From a virus (Duplodnaviria; Caudoviricetes), in IMG/VR virus record IMGVR_UViG_3300046010_004318, positions 1-37,670 of that record: DNA of 37,670 nt. The stretch is one strand, 5' to 3'. The notes beneath the pieces were generated by a model. That model was given only the letters and a program-made list of their open reading frames with translations, did no database searches and had not been told where the DNA came from. The position numbers and the translations under genes were made by a program. Below, piece by piece: positions 25,065 to 33,525 of the stretch; position 1 is the first letter of the stretch, and each line of letters begins with the position of its first letter.

Positions 25065-25567
25065 AAGAGAATTATGACGCCGCGCTGAAGGCGACGTTGC
25101 GTTACGAGGGCGGCAAGGTCGATGACCCGCGTGATCCTGGTGGCCGCACGGCTTACGGCGTCACGCAGAACACCTATAATGCGTGGCGGGCGAAGCACGG
25201 GCTTAGCCAGAAGGACGTATTCCAGATCGCTGACTCAGAAGTCGCGGCGATCTACAAACAAGAGTATTGGGATAAGATCCGTGGCGATGATCTGCCGGAT
25301 GGGCTTGACATGGCTGTGTTCGATTTTGCCGTTAACTCAGGAGTGAGTCGGGCTTCGAAATATCTTCAGTCACTGGTCGGCGTCACGCAAGACGGCCAGA
25401 TCGGCCCCAAGACAATCGCCGCCGCTAAAGCCTATCTTGGTGTCAGACTGACAGACATGCGGCTGGGCTTCTTAAAAGGATTACCGACATGGGCTACCTT
25501 TGGTCGTGGTTGGTCAAACCGGATAAACGACGTTTATGCTGCTGTGCGGGGCTTATGCTCGCGCTGA
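25061..25567 (+). CDS. Endolysin, glycoside hydrolase family 108 with peptidoglycan-binding domain
   Basis: EGGKVDDPRDPGGRTAYGVT, FDFAVNSG, DGQIGPKT and FGRGWSNR motifs. Confidence 0.92.
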   Translation: MKENYDAALKATLRYEGGKVDDPRDPGGRTAYGVTQNTYNAWRAKHGLSQKDVFQIADSEVAAIYKQEYWDKIRGDDLPDGLDMAVFDFAVNSGVSRASKYLQSLVGVTQDGQIGPKTIAAAKAYLGVRLTDMRLGFLKGLPTWATFGRGWSNRINDVYAAVRGLCSR

Positions 25568-25635
25568 GCGGGTGCGCCGACCTTAAGTATTATGAATGTA
25601 TCGCCCGTGATAGCACGTCGCGGCCATGTAACTAA
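25489..25635 (+). CDS. Small lipoprotein overlapping the endolysin 3' end
   Basis: Translated manually as MGYLWSWLVKPDKRRLCCCAGLMLALSGCADLKYYECIARDSTSRPCN; AAAGGA RBS; lipobox LSGC. Confidence 0.5.
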   Translation: MGYLWSWLVKPDKRRLCCCAGLMLALSGCADLKYYECIARDSTSRPCN

Positions 25636-25646
25636 AGGAGACAAAA

Positions 25647-25823
25647 ATGTTAGTTAACTGGATGACCACGATCCCCGGTATTCTGACGCTTCTGTCGGTG
25701 CTGTTCCATGCTTGGCAGACCAAGGACGTGAACTGGTCCGATCTTCAGAACGCGCTCGTCGCGCTTGGTCTTGTCGCCGCTAAAGACTGGAACGTGACCG
25801 GCGGCACCAAGCCGAATGATTGA
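25647..25823 (+). CDS. 58-aa membrane protein, holin candidate
   Basis: AAAGGAG RBS; MLVNWMTTIPGILTLLSVLF...ALVALGLVAAKD has two hydrophobic segments; not in the ORF track. Confidence 0.7.
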   Translation: MLVNWMTTIPGILTLLSVLFHAWQTKDVNWSDLQNALVALGLVAAKDWNVTGGTKPND

Positions 25824-25854
25824 AAGGGTCAGGTTGCAGAACCTAAAACCAAAG

Positions 25855-26049
25855 ATGAAACTGCCGCTGATCTTGATGCTGGCAAGTTTTAGTGGGTGTC
25901 AGTCGACCAGCAGGTGTCCCCCGCTGGTCGACTATTCAGCCGAACTCCAAACCAAAGCGGCTAAAGAATTACGCGCTCTCCCCAACGACAGCGCTGTCGC
26001 TCGGCTTGTCGTCGATTACGGTCAGCTTCGCCGAACGTGCCGGCTTTAG
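25855..26049 (+). CDS. Outer-membrane spanin (o-spanin) lipoprotein
   Basis: MKLPLILMLASFSG-C lipobox, CPPL and a C-terminal Cys; last gene of the lysis cassette (alternative start 25816). Confidence 0.7.
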   Translation: MKLPLILMLASFSGCQSTSRCPPLVDYSAELQTKAAKELRALPNDSAVARLVVDYGQLRRTCRL

Positions 26050-26352
26050 GTTAGCGCGCGTCTTATACTGGACCTGCTGGCGCGACATGGCGTAATCATC
26101 CGCAAACGTCGCCGCGAACAGTTCATAGTTCACAGCGTCAACATGGCTATCCTGGTGCGCCGGTGAGTTGAACGCGCGGGCGTTCTTGACGCAAGCAAGG
26201 ATAATGGCGATCTCGTAGGGGTGAAAATCACGCCCAATTCGCAGCGTCGCCAGATCCGCCGCAAGCTGGAAATTGTTCTCTATACCGCCGTAGCCCTCAC
26301 CGCGCTGGTCGATGATGTTAGCGGCTTGCAGCAGTAGTTCTTGAGGATTCAT
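25969..26352 (-). CDS. DUF6378-like protein (all-alpha nucleotide pyrophosphatase-related)
   Basis: RGEGYG...NF...KNAR...DSHVDAVNY motif pattern. Confidence 0.65.
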   Translation of the reverse strand: MNPQELLLQAANIIDQRGEGYGGIENNFQLAADLATLRIGRDFHPYEIAIILACVKNARAFNSPAHQDSHVDAVNYELFAATFADDYAMSRQQVQYKTRANLKPARSAKLTVIDDKPSDSAVVGESA

Positions 26353-26536
26353 CTATCATCTCCATAATGGCCGCCCTTTCTCGCAACATTCTCAGCACTG
26401 TGAAGCGCTGATGCAGCCGCACTAGGATCGTAGAGCGCCGGGCGTGACGCATCTCATCCTCCAGAAGATCTTTCACTTCTGTCTCGGTAAGATCAGCAAG
26501 CTGATCGTTAAGGGTTTTCCATGTTAAGTTCTGCAA
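26318..26536 (-). CDS. Hypothetical protein
   Basis: 72-aa ORF overlapping both neighbours in the operon; RLHQRF motif. Confidence 0.65.
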   Translation of the reverse strand: MQNLTWKTLNDQLADLTETEVKDLLEDEMRHARRSTILVRLHQRFTVLRMLRERAAIMEMIDESSRTTAASR

Positions 26537-27794
26537 GGGCGATTTCCGCTAAAGATTTCTTGTCTTGTAGGCTAGACAGGATACGTTCGTCAATAGTTTT
26601 ATTACACATGATGAGATAACACCAGACTTCGCGCGTCTGGCCGCTGCGATGCAGCCGGCCTACCGTCTGCTCGAACAGCTCCAGCGACCACGGCAGCGAG
26701 AGGAACACGATCTTATTGCCGCCAAACTGAAGGTTCAACCCATGGCCGGCGCTCTTAGGGTGGATCGCCAGCAGTTCGATCTTGCCGGCGTTCCAGCGCT
26801 CAATGGCGTCCGGCGCGTCAATCGTCGTGACGTTGAAGCTGCGCTGAAGCTCGGCTAACTCTTCTTTGTAATTGTAGACGATGATAGTGTTGTCGCGCTG
26901 GTTTTCGTCGAGGATGTCTCGGAGAGATTCAAACTTCTGGCGTCCAAACCACTGAGCATGGCCTTGACTATCATAAGCGAAGCCGGAGGTAAGCTGCTGA
27001 AGTTTGTTTGTGACAGCAGCCGCTGTCGGAGCCGTGATCTCTTCATGCACATAATCCTTCTTCATGTTCTCGTAAGGCCCGCGATCCTCAAGATCGCACC
27101 GGATCTCGACGATGTTGAGCGGCGGCAACTTGTCCTTATACTCGCCAGGTTCCAGCACATAAGTCGCCGGTTTGATCGCCTCCATGACCTTTGGGAGCGC
27201 CTGCGGCAGCGGTTCCCATTGGCCGTAGTCGCGGTTCACGCAGTAGAAATACTGTTGCAGAAACGCGCCTTTGCTGCGGCCTAGCAGCGTCTGATCGACG
27301 ACCTTGCACTGGCCGAACACGTCTTCCAGACCGTTCGATGTAAACGAGCCGGTCAGACCCCAGCGGATCTTGAACTTGTCAAGGATCTTAAGCAGGTGCT
27401 TGAAGCGTTTGCCGGACGGGTTCTTCAGCCGCGTCAGCTCGTCGAAGACGATACCGTCAAAGTCTTTGGGATCAATCGACGGGATGTTGTCATAGTTGGT
27501 GACGACTATATCGACATCAGCCGCGAACGCTGCCTTACGTTGCGCCGGCGTGCCGACTGCGACGCTCATGCGTAAATGCTCGGCCCATTTAGGACGCTCG
27601 ACAGGCCACACGTCAGTGCAGACGCGCTTGGGCGCTAACACGAGCCAGCGGTCGCAATGACCTTTGCTGGTCATGTCGGCCATCGCCGTCAACGTGATCG
27701 CTGTCTTGCCCGCGCCGACTGGCGCAAGGATCATGGCCCGGTCGCGGCTGAAGAGGAAATCTGCGGCAATATGCTGGTATGGTCTGAGATCCAT
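26508..27794 (-). CDS. SNF2-family (SF2) helicase
   Basis: LRPYQ Q-motif, GAGKT, FDEL, LTGS, GHGLNLQ and QTVGRLHRSGQ motifs. Confidence 0.92.
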   Translation of the reverse strand: MDLRPYQHIAADFLFSRDRAMILAPVGAGKTAITLTAMADMTSKGHCDRWLVLAPKRVCTDVWPVERPKWAEHLRMSVAVGTPAQRKAAFAADVDIVVTNYDNIPSIDPKDFDGIVFDELTRLKNPSGKRFKHLLKILDKFKIRWGLTGSFTSNGLEDVFGQCKVVDQTLLGRSKGAFLQQYFYCVNRDYGQWEPLPQALPKVMEAIKPATYVLEPGEYKDKLPPLNIVEIRCDLEDRGPYENMKKDYVHEEITAPTAAAVTNKLQQLTSGFAYDSQGHAQWFGRQKFESLRDILDENQRDNTIIVYNYKEELAELQRSFNVTTIDAPDAIERWNAGKIELLAIHPKSAGHGLNLQFGGNKIVFLSLPWSLELFEQTVGRLHRSGQTREVWCYLIMCNKTIDERILSSLQDKKSLAEIALAELNMENP

Positions 27795-28048
27795 CGGTCA
27801 ATTTCTTCCTTAGACCATAGAACTTCGTAGTTCTGATTGAGCTGATCCATGTCACGCGCAAACATCGCTTGTAGTGGCGATATTTTACCGCCGGGACGCT
27901 TTAACTCTATGAAATGCGTAGTGCCGTCCGGTAAGCAAACGATCCGATCAGACACGCCGCGATTGGATGGCGACACGAATTTGTAAGCCTTGCCGCCAGC
28001 TTGCGCGACGCATTTCACAAGATACTTTTCAATGTCTTTCTCAAGCAT
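27731..28048 (-). CDS. VRR-NUC domain nuclease
   Basis: EKDIE...GVSDR...FIELK...Q PD-(D/E)xK pattern. Confidence 0.88.
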   Translation of the reverse strand: MLEKDIEKYLVKCVAQAGGKAYKFVSPSNRGVSDRIVCLPDGTTHFIELKRPGGKISPLQAMFARDMDQLNQNYEVLWSKEEIDRWISDHTSILPQISSSAATGP

Positions 28049-28088
28049 AAAAAAGTTCTTGACACATCCATAACAGATTGTCTAGTGT
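28047..28088 (+). promoter_or_regulatory. Promoter at the divergence point of the replication genes
   Basis: ATAAAAAAGTTC-TTGACA-N18-TAGTGT; an opposite-facing TAGACA at 28084-28079. Confidence 0.6.
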
Positions 28089-28110
28089 CGAATCATCGAA
28101 AGGTATGGTA

Positions 28111-29205
28111 ATGTCACACAGCAACATCGTCGGCGGTTCGACCGCTAAGCGCTTGATTAACTGCCCCGGTTCGCGGGCGCTTGTTAACACAGTCCCTGAA
28201 AAGCCAAGCTCTAAATATGCCGAAGAAGGCTCGCGTCTGCATGACGCCATGCACATGATCTTGTCGCATGGCGGCAGCGTTGAAGATTATCCTGACAATG
28301 AGAAGCTAATCCTAGCGCTTGACTCATTGAACGAGATCGACCCTAATGCGGAGCTTGAGTTTGCCACGGAGGTGAATGTCCATTTTAACGACTTTCTTGC
28401 CGGAGTTTACGGTTCTTGCGATCTCGCTGGCCGTATTCGCAATCGTGCGATAGTCCTCGACTGGAAGTTCGGGGATGGCGTTGCGGTAGACGCCGAAGAA
28501 AATGAACAGCTTATGTTCTACGCCGCCGCCGGTATGCGAACGGAAGCGCTGCGCTGGGTATTTGAAGGCGTTGATGAGATCGAACTCATCATCGTGCAGC
28601 CGCCGTATGTAAAGCGTTGGCTTACAACCCCCGGTCGCATCAAGGCGTTCGAGCGCACGCTGTATGATGCTGTGCAGGCGTCATTTAAGCCTAACGCGCC
28701 ATATGCTGCTGGAGATCATTGTCGTTGGTGCGCAGCTAAACCTGTCTGCCCTCTGCTTACAGGTCAGCTTGAGCGCGCTGTTGCGACCAAAGTTAAAGCT
28801 ATTGACGTGGAGAAAGTCGGTAATGCTCTGGCGTTTGCGATCCTTGCGGAAGAATGGGCTAAAAGCGTCCGTGAATTGGCCCAGACGATGCTGGAAAACA
28901 ACGCACCTGTGCCGGGATGGAAGCTCGTCCCCAAGCGCGCCACTCGTCAATGGGTTGATGCTGAAGGAGCGCGAGAAGCTCTTGAGCAAATGGGACTGGA
29001 TAATTCGGAATTAATCGAGACGACGTTGCGCTCGCCAGCGCAGATTGAGAAGGTAGCTAAGAAACATGGACTAGCTATACCAAAAGATCTGGTCGTCGCG
29101 GTTTCAACAGGTAACACCATCGCGCCGGAGAGCGATCCCCGACCGGCGGTGCTTACGATAGGCAAGGACATTCGTTCTGCCTTCTCTAAACTTGAGGTCA
29201 AGTAA
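28111..29205 (+). CDS. Cas4-like PD-(D/E)xK exonuclease (DUF2800-like)
   Basis: S..KRLINCPGS, G+RLH, GSCD..DWKFG, QLMFYA and CRWC..C Fe-S motif. Confidence 0.85.
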   Translation: MSHSNIVGGSTAKRLINCPGSRALVNTVPEKPSSKYAEEGSRLHDAMHMILSHGGSVEDYPDNEKLILALDSLNEIDPNAELEFATEVNVHFNDFLAGVYGSCDLAGRIRNRAIVLDWKFGDGVAVDAEENEQLMFYAAAGMRTEALRWVFEGVDEIELIIVQPPYVKRWLTTPGRIKAFERTLYDAVQASFKPNAPYAAGDHCRWCAAKPVCPLLTGQLERAVATKVKAIDVEKVGNALAFAILAEEWAKSVRELAQTMLENNAPVPGWKLVPKRATRQWVDAEGAREALEQMGLDNSELIETTLRSPAQIEKVAKKHGLAIPKDLVVAVSTGNTIAPESDPRPAVLTIGKDIRSAFSKLEVK

Positions 29206-29831
29206 TGTCTAATATTGTGAAGTTCGGCAACGCCAATCTCCCCACCGCTGCGTCTCTGGCTGAGTCGCTGCGTAAACTCGATACTGAGGCTTCAGTTGGT
29301 TCGGTCATCCTGAAAATGGATAAGACCGGCCATTGGGTTTACGGTGCGGATCAGACTGAGATCGACAAAGATGGACGCTGGGCGGTCAATCCGTTCTCGT
29401 TCGTTCACGGTTTCATTGCGTGGGGCGAAGGCGAAGTGCTTGGCGAGAAGATGGTGTCCATCACGGAGCCGCTTCCCGAACTGGACGTGGCACCGCCTGG
29501 CGCTAAGCGTGGTTGGGAGCCGCAGGTTGGCATGAGCGTCAAGTGCCTTGATGGTGAGGATGCTGGCACGGAAGCGCGCTATACGGTCACGTCCGTTGGC
29601 GGTAAGCGCGCTATGCACCAGCTTGCCATGAAGGTTGCCGATCAGGTCGAGAAGAATCAGGACGCGCCAGTGGCCGTCGTGAAACTCGGCTCGGAATATT
29701 ATCAGCACAAATCCTACGGTCGCGTCTACACCCCGGTGTTTGATGTGATCGACTGGATCTCGCTCGACGGTGCGCCGGCTGAATCGGTCGATGGCTCCGC
29801 TGGTGACACTGGCCGTCGTCGTCGCGGCTGA
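29205..29831 (+). CDS. Single-stranded DNA-binding/annealing protein (putative)
   Basis: Lies between the exonuclease and the polymerase; YQHKSYGRVYTPVF motif; high-expression codon bias; terminator follows. Confidence 0.65.
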   Translation: MSNIVKFGNANLPTAASLAESLRKLDTEASVGSVILKMDKTGHWVYGADQTEIDKDGRWAVNPFSFVHGFIAWGEGEVLGEKMVSITEPLPELDVAPPGAKRGWEPQVGMSVKCLDGEDAGTEARYTVTSVGGKRAMHQLAMKVADQVEKNQDAPVAVVKLGSEYYQHKSYGRVYTPVFDVIDWISLDGAPAESVDGSAGDTGRRRRG

Positions 29832-29841
29832 TAATAGGAGG

Positions 29842-29866
29842 CGGGGGCGAAAGCCCCCGTTCTTTT
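29842..29866 (+). terminator. Intrinsic terminator
   Basis: CGGGGGC-GAAA-GCCCCCG followed by TTCTTTT. Confidence 0.85.
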
Positions 29867-29867
29867 C

Positions 29868-30554
29868 ATGTCTTATCTTTTTCCTTATGCGGGCTATGAC
29901 GGCCCGAAACGCAAACCACTCTCGCAGTCTGCCTCGGCGCGTAAGCATCGTCTTCGCAAGGCGACGCGAGCGCTGCGCCTACTTGAGTCTGCGCCCGAAC
30001 TGACGCCAGAGCAGCGCGCGGCGTTGGAGAAGGCCGCTGACGCCGAATACGTCCCGACGAAAGGGATGCCGCCGGCATACCTGAAGATTTTAGGTGAGGT
30101 CGCGCGCAAGCATAAAGTGCCTTACAAGTCGATCATCGGCACTTCGCAGATGCATCACATATCGCACGCGCGGCGCGAATTTATATTCCGCTGCATGGAA
30201 GAGATCCCGAATGCGTCATACGCTGGCGTTGGTCGTTACGTTAAGCGCGATCATACGACGGTGCTTTACGCGCACAAAAAAGGTCTGGCCGACCCGTCGT
30301 CGCTGGAGCCTTTGGAGCGTAAGATCGTCGTATATAATACTAAATCGGATAACGGATTTTCTTTCTTCGAGTCTGAAGTAATCCGGCTAATAAAAGAAGG
30401 TCTTAACCATGTGCAGGTAGCAAACCAGCTAGGCAAGACACCTCACCAAGTCACGTCAGCGCTCTGCGAGATCCGCCGCAAAGCGGTGAAAATGGAATGC
30501 ACGGACATACCACCGGACTTTGGCCGCGTGATGAAAAGGATAAGACATGACTGA
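29868..30554 (+). CDS. DNA-binding protein: DnaA domain IV-like HTH fused to a LuxR-like HTH
   Basis: VARKHKV..SIIG...HARR...S...VGR..KRDHTTVLYA; C-terminal ESEVIRLIKEGLNHVQVANQLGKT. Confidence 0.7.
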   Translation: MSYLFPYAGYDGPKRKPLSQSASARKHRLRKATRALRLLESAPELTPEQRAALEKAADAEYVPTKGMPPAYLKILGEVARKHKVPYKSIIGTSQMHHISHARREFIFRCMEEIPNASYAGVGRYVKRDHTTVLYAHKKGLADPSSLEPLERKIVVYNTKSDNGFSFFESEVIRLIKEGLNHVQVANQLGKTPHQVTSALCEIRRKAVKMECTDIPPDFGRVMKRIRHD

Positions 30555-30936
30555 CTACACCGACCTAATCGCACGGCTGCGCTTTTTTGATACGCAAGTT
30601 GCGAACTCATGCGCCGACGCCATCACCGACCTAGAGGCCGAACTACAGGTCTCGCTGCATGTGAACGACCAGCTACGGGCACGGGTTGCGGAACTGGAAG
30701 CCGAGATAGAACACCTAGAACAAAACTTCACCGAATGGCTAAAAGAATATCGGAAAGCCGCCGACGCGATTGAGGAACTTATGGCGGCGCTGAAACCGTT
30801 TGACGAAATGCTACAGCGTGACTTTTCCATCATGGCTGACGACAAGCGTTACGCTGATGACTTTACGTCAACTGTGTTGATGCGTCTTGGCGACCTCCGC
30901 GCCGCCCGCGCCGCTTATCTGGGAGAGAAGGAATGA
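30547..30936 (+). CDS. Coiled-coil hypothetical protein
   Basis: MTDYTDLIARLR start; ADAI repeats; AAAGGA RBS. Confidence 0.75.
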   Translation: MTDYTDLIARLRFFDTQVANSCADAITDLEAELQVSLHVNDQLRARVAELEAEIEHLEQNFTEWLKEYRKAADAIEELMAALKPFDEMLQRDFSIMADDKRYADDFTSTVLMRLGDLRAARAAYLGEKE

Positions 30937-31103
30937 TTGAAGATTTGTCGCTGTATCTTTTCTTTTACGGCTTTGGCCTAGCATCGGGAGTGTTTGTGTC
31001 ATGGTTAGAATCCTACTCACAGTCACGCTACTGGCATCACCAGCAGCAGCTCAAGAGATCTCAGTCTGGGGTGGGCCGAACGGGCCAGTCGCAACAGAAC
31101 TAA
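30933..31103 (+). CDS. Small single-TM protein (MIEDLSLYLFFYGFGLASGVFVSW...)
   Basis: Translated manually; ATGA-coupled; tail overlaps the next gene. Confidence 0.5.
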   Translation: MIEDLSLYLFFYGFGLASGVFVSWLESYSQSRYWHHQQQLKRSQSGVGRTGQSQQN

Positions 31104-31237
31104 GCTATCCTAACGAGAACTTCTACTACACGCCGCAGGGCATGATCTCAGCGCCGAAGGTCGGCAACATGACGATCTACAACGGCCCGAACGGTGAATA
31201 TCTTGGCTACCACTATGGGGAAAGCAACAATGAATAA
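31001..31237 (+). CDS. Small secreted protein
   Basis: Sec signal peptide MVRILLTVTLLASPAAA|Q; GGGAG RBS; GPNG repeated twice. Confidence 0.65.
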   Translation: MVRILLTVTLLASPAAAQEISVWGGPNGPVATELSYPNENFYYTPQGMISAPKVGNMTIYNGPNGEYLGYHYGESNNE

Positions 31238-31391
31238 GAAGATCATTCAAATAGCGGCGATAAGCGACGAAACCGTAGAGACACTTTACGCGCTGTGCGA
31301 AGACGGCAGCGTTTACTCCATGTATCTTAACGCCGATGATGGCTTAAGATTTTGGGTGCGCATACCGGAAATTAGCGGAGACGAACAATGA
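31230..31391 (+). CDS. Hypothetical protein (MNKKIIQIA...LYALCEDGS)
   Basis: Overlapping coupling on both sides. Confidence 0.65.
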   Translation: MNKKIIQIAAISDETVETLYALCEDGSVYSMYLNADDGLRFWVRIPEISGDEQ

Positions 31392-31642
31392 CTGATAAAC
31401 TTATAGACCCGTCCGCAGCGTCGGCGGCTATTCTTAACACATGTAACGAATACATGGTTAAGAATAAATCCATTATAGCTCAGCAGGAAATAATTTGGGG
31501 GCTTGTAGATAATCTAAGCGTCGTCATAGCCGTATCTCAGCCGCCACTTTGGGTTATGAAGGACATTCTATCGGCTATTTCTAACGCGCATGAACGCGAC
31601 GTTAGCGGCTATAACGTAGTAGACCCGCGCGGGCTGCAATGA
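31388..31642 (+). CDS. Hypothetical protein
   Basis: 84 aa, ATGA-coupled on both sides; AT-richer than neighbours. Confidence 0.65.
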   Translation: MTDKLIDPSAASAAILNTCNEYMVKNKSIIAQQEIIWGLVDNLSVVIAVSQPPLWVMKDILSAISNAHERDVSGYNVVDPRGLQ

Positions 31643-33525
31643 TCTGGCTAGATTTCGAGACAAGATCAGAATGCGATCTAAAAACAGCGGGAGTGTATAA
31701 CTATGCACGACATCCATCCACGCAAGTTATCTGTATGTCCTACGCCTATGGCGACGATCCCGTTCGGACATGGCGCATGGGCGAGCCTTTCCCAGAGATT
31801 AAAGGACAGATACGAGCCCACAACGCCGCCTTTGAGCGGCTCATCTTCTGGCATGTGCTTGGCGTGCCCATACCACTCGAACAGTTCTACTGCACCGCAG
31901 CACAAGCCAGAGCCAACTGCGCGCCAGGAAGCCTGGAAGATGTCGGTCGCTTCGCTGGAACTGAAATGCGCAAAGATCATCGCGGCAATGCTTTGGTCCG
32001 TGCTTGCTGTATTCCTCCTTACCGTGACGATCTCATACCTGAGCTTATCGAATACTGCGAACAAGATGTCAGGACCATGCGCGCTGTCAGCAAAGCCATG
32101 CGTGATCTCACCGATGAAGAACTAGAGGACTATCATGCTAACGAGCGCATCAATGATCGTGGCGTTCTTGTCGATCAGCGTCTATGCCGCGCGGCGGTCA
32201 AATATGCGGCTGATGAACTTCAAGAGATCGAAGCTACGGTTAAGACCGTCACGAACGGTGAGATTCAGACTGTCAGAAGCCCTCGAATGCGAGAATGGGT
32301 CTTCGAACGTGTTGGATCAGAAGCGCGTAAACTTATGGAACGTGCCGATAAAGTCTCAATCGACAAGTCAGTTCGGGCCAACCTACTGGCCATAGACGAT
32401 CCAGAGGAGGTGCCTCCCGATGTCAGAGAAGTCATACAATGCGCCGATGACCTATGGGCGTCTTCTGTTGCTAAGTTTAATCGCCTTGATAACCTTGCTT
32501 GTGCTGATGGTCGTGTTCGAGGCGCTTTTGTCTTTGCCGGCGGATCAGCCACGGGACGCGCTTCCTCGTATGGTGCGCAAGTCCACAACTTCACACGTAA
32601 GTGCGCCGATGACCCCGAAGCCGTGCGACATTCAATGGTTCGAGGTCATGCCATTGTGCCTAAATACGGACGCCGCGTCACGGACGTATTGCGCGGTATG
32701 TTACGGCCAGCCCTGATTCCTGAAAAGGGCAAGCAGTTCGTCGTTGCTGATTGGAGCGCCATCGAAGGCCGCGTAAATCCGTGGCTGTCCGGTCGTGGTG
32801 AGGATAAGTTACAGGCGTTCCGTGACAAGTTAGATCCTTACATTGTCAACGCCGCCGCTACGTTCCGCGTGAAGTATGAAGAGGTCAATAAGTCGCAGCG
32901 GCAGGTCGGCAAGGTGCAGGAGCTGGCGTGCGGATTTGGTGGTGGCGTCGGAGCCTTCGCTGCGATGGGCCGCGTCTATGGGTTGAGCCTTCCTGAAGAA
33001 GAGGCACGACGTATGGTAGACGCATGGCGTCGCGCTAACCCGTGGTCGGTTCCGTTCTGGTCTGATCTTGAGGTTGCTTACATTCGTGCGTTGCGCAATC
33101 CCGGTAAGATTTTCGAGGCAGGCAAAATAAGATACTTGGCGGACAAGCAGCACCTTTGGTATGCTCTGCCTTCTGGCCGTGTGCTTTGCTACCCTAATGC
33201 GCGGTTTGAAGAAGATGGTTCGATCACCTATTCAAAGGCGTCTTGGAAGCCTGCGGCGGATGCTAAAGAGTGGCCTAGGGGTCGGCTCTGGAGAGGGCTG
33301 GCTTGCGAGAACGTCACACAAGCGACCGCCCATGATCTTCTTCGTGAGGCTCTTCGCCGTCTGCCTGACGTTGTGTTGCATGTTCACGATGAGATTGTGC
33401 TGGAGTCTGATCGGCCCGAAGAGGCGAAAGCGCTCTTAGAAGAAGTGATGACGACGCCGCCCGTGTGGGCTGAAGGACTACCGCTCGACGTAGAAGCCAC
33501 CATTATGGGAAGATACGGAAAATGA
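31639..33525 (+). CDS. DNA polymerase family A with 3'-5' exonuclease
   Basis: Exo motifs DFET, HNAAFE and YCEQD; motif A DWSAIEGR; motif B RQVGKVQELACGFG; motif C HVHDE. Confidence 0.93.
   Translation: MIWLDFETRSECDLKTAGVYNYARHPSTQVICMSYAYGDDPVRTWRMGEPFPEIKGQIRAHNAAFERLIFWHVLGVPIPLEQFYCTAAQARANCAPGSLEDVGRFAGTEMRKDHRGNALVRACCIPPYRDDLIPELIEYCEQDVRTMRAVSKAMRDLTDEELEDYHANERINDRGVLVDQRLCRAAVKYAADELQEIEATVKTVTNGEIQTVRSPRMREWVFERVGSEARKLMERADKVSIDKSVRANLLAIDDPEEVPPDVREVIQCADDLWASSVAKFNRLDNLACADGRVRGAFVFAGGSATGRASSYGAQVHNFTRKCADDPEAVRHSMVRGHAIVPKYGRRVTDVLRGMLRPALIPEKGKQFVVADWSAIEGRVNPWLSGRGEDKLQAFRDKLDPYIVNAAATFRVKYEEVNKSQRQVGKVQELACGFGGGVGAFAAMGRVYGLSLPEEEARRMVDAWRRANPWSVPFWSDLEVAYIRALRNPGKIFEAGKIRYLADKQHLWYALPSGRVLCYPNARFEEDGSITYSKASWKPAADAKEWPRGRLWRGLACENVTQATAHDLLREALRRLPDVVLHVHDEIVLESDRPEEAKALLEEVMTTPPVWAEGLPLDVEATIMGRYGK

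Noticed and set aside
28111-29205. Cas4 as evidence of a CRISPR-Cas system
   Set aside because: Cas4-like exonucleases are routine in this type of replication module (with SSB, PolA and SNF2 helicase); no array or other cas genes
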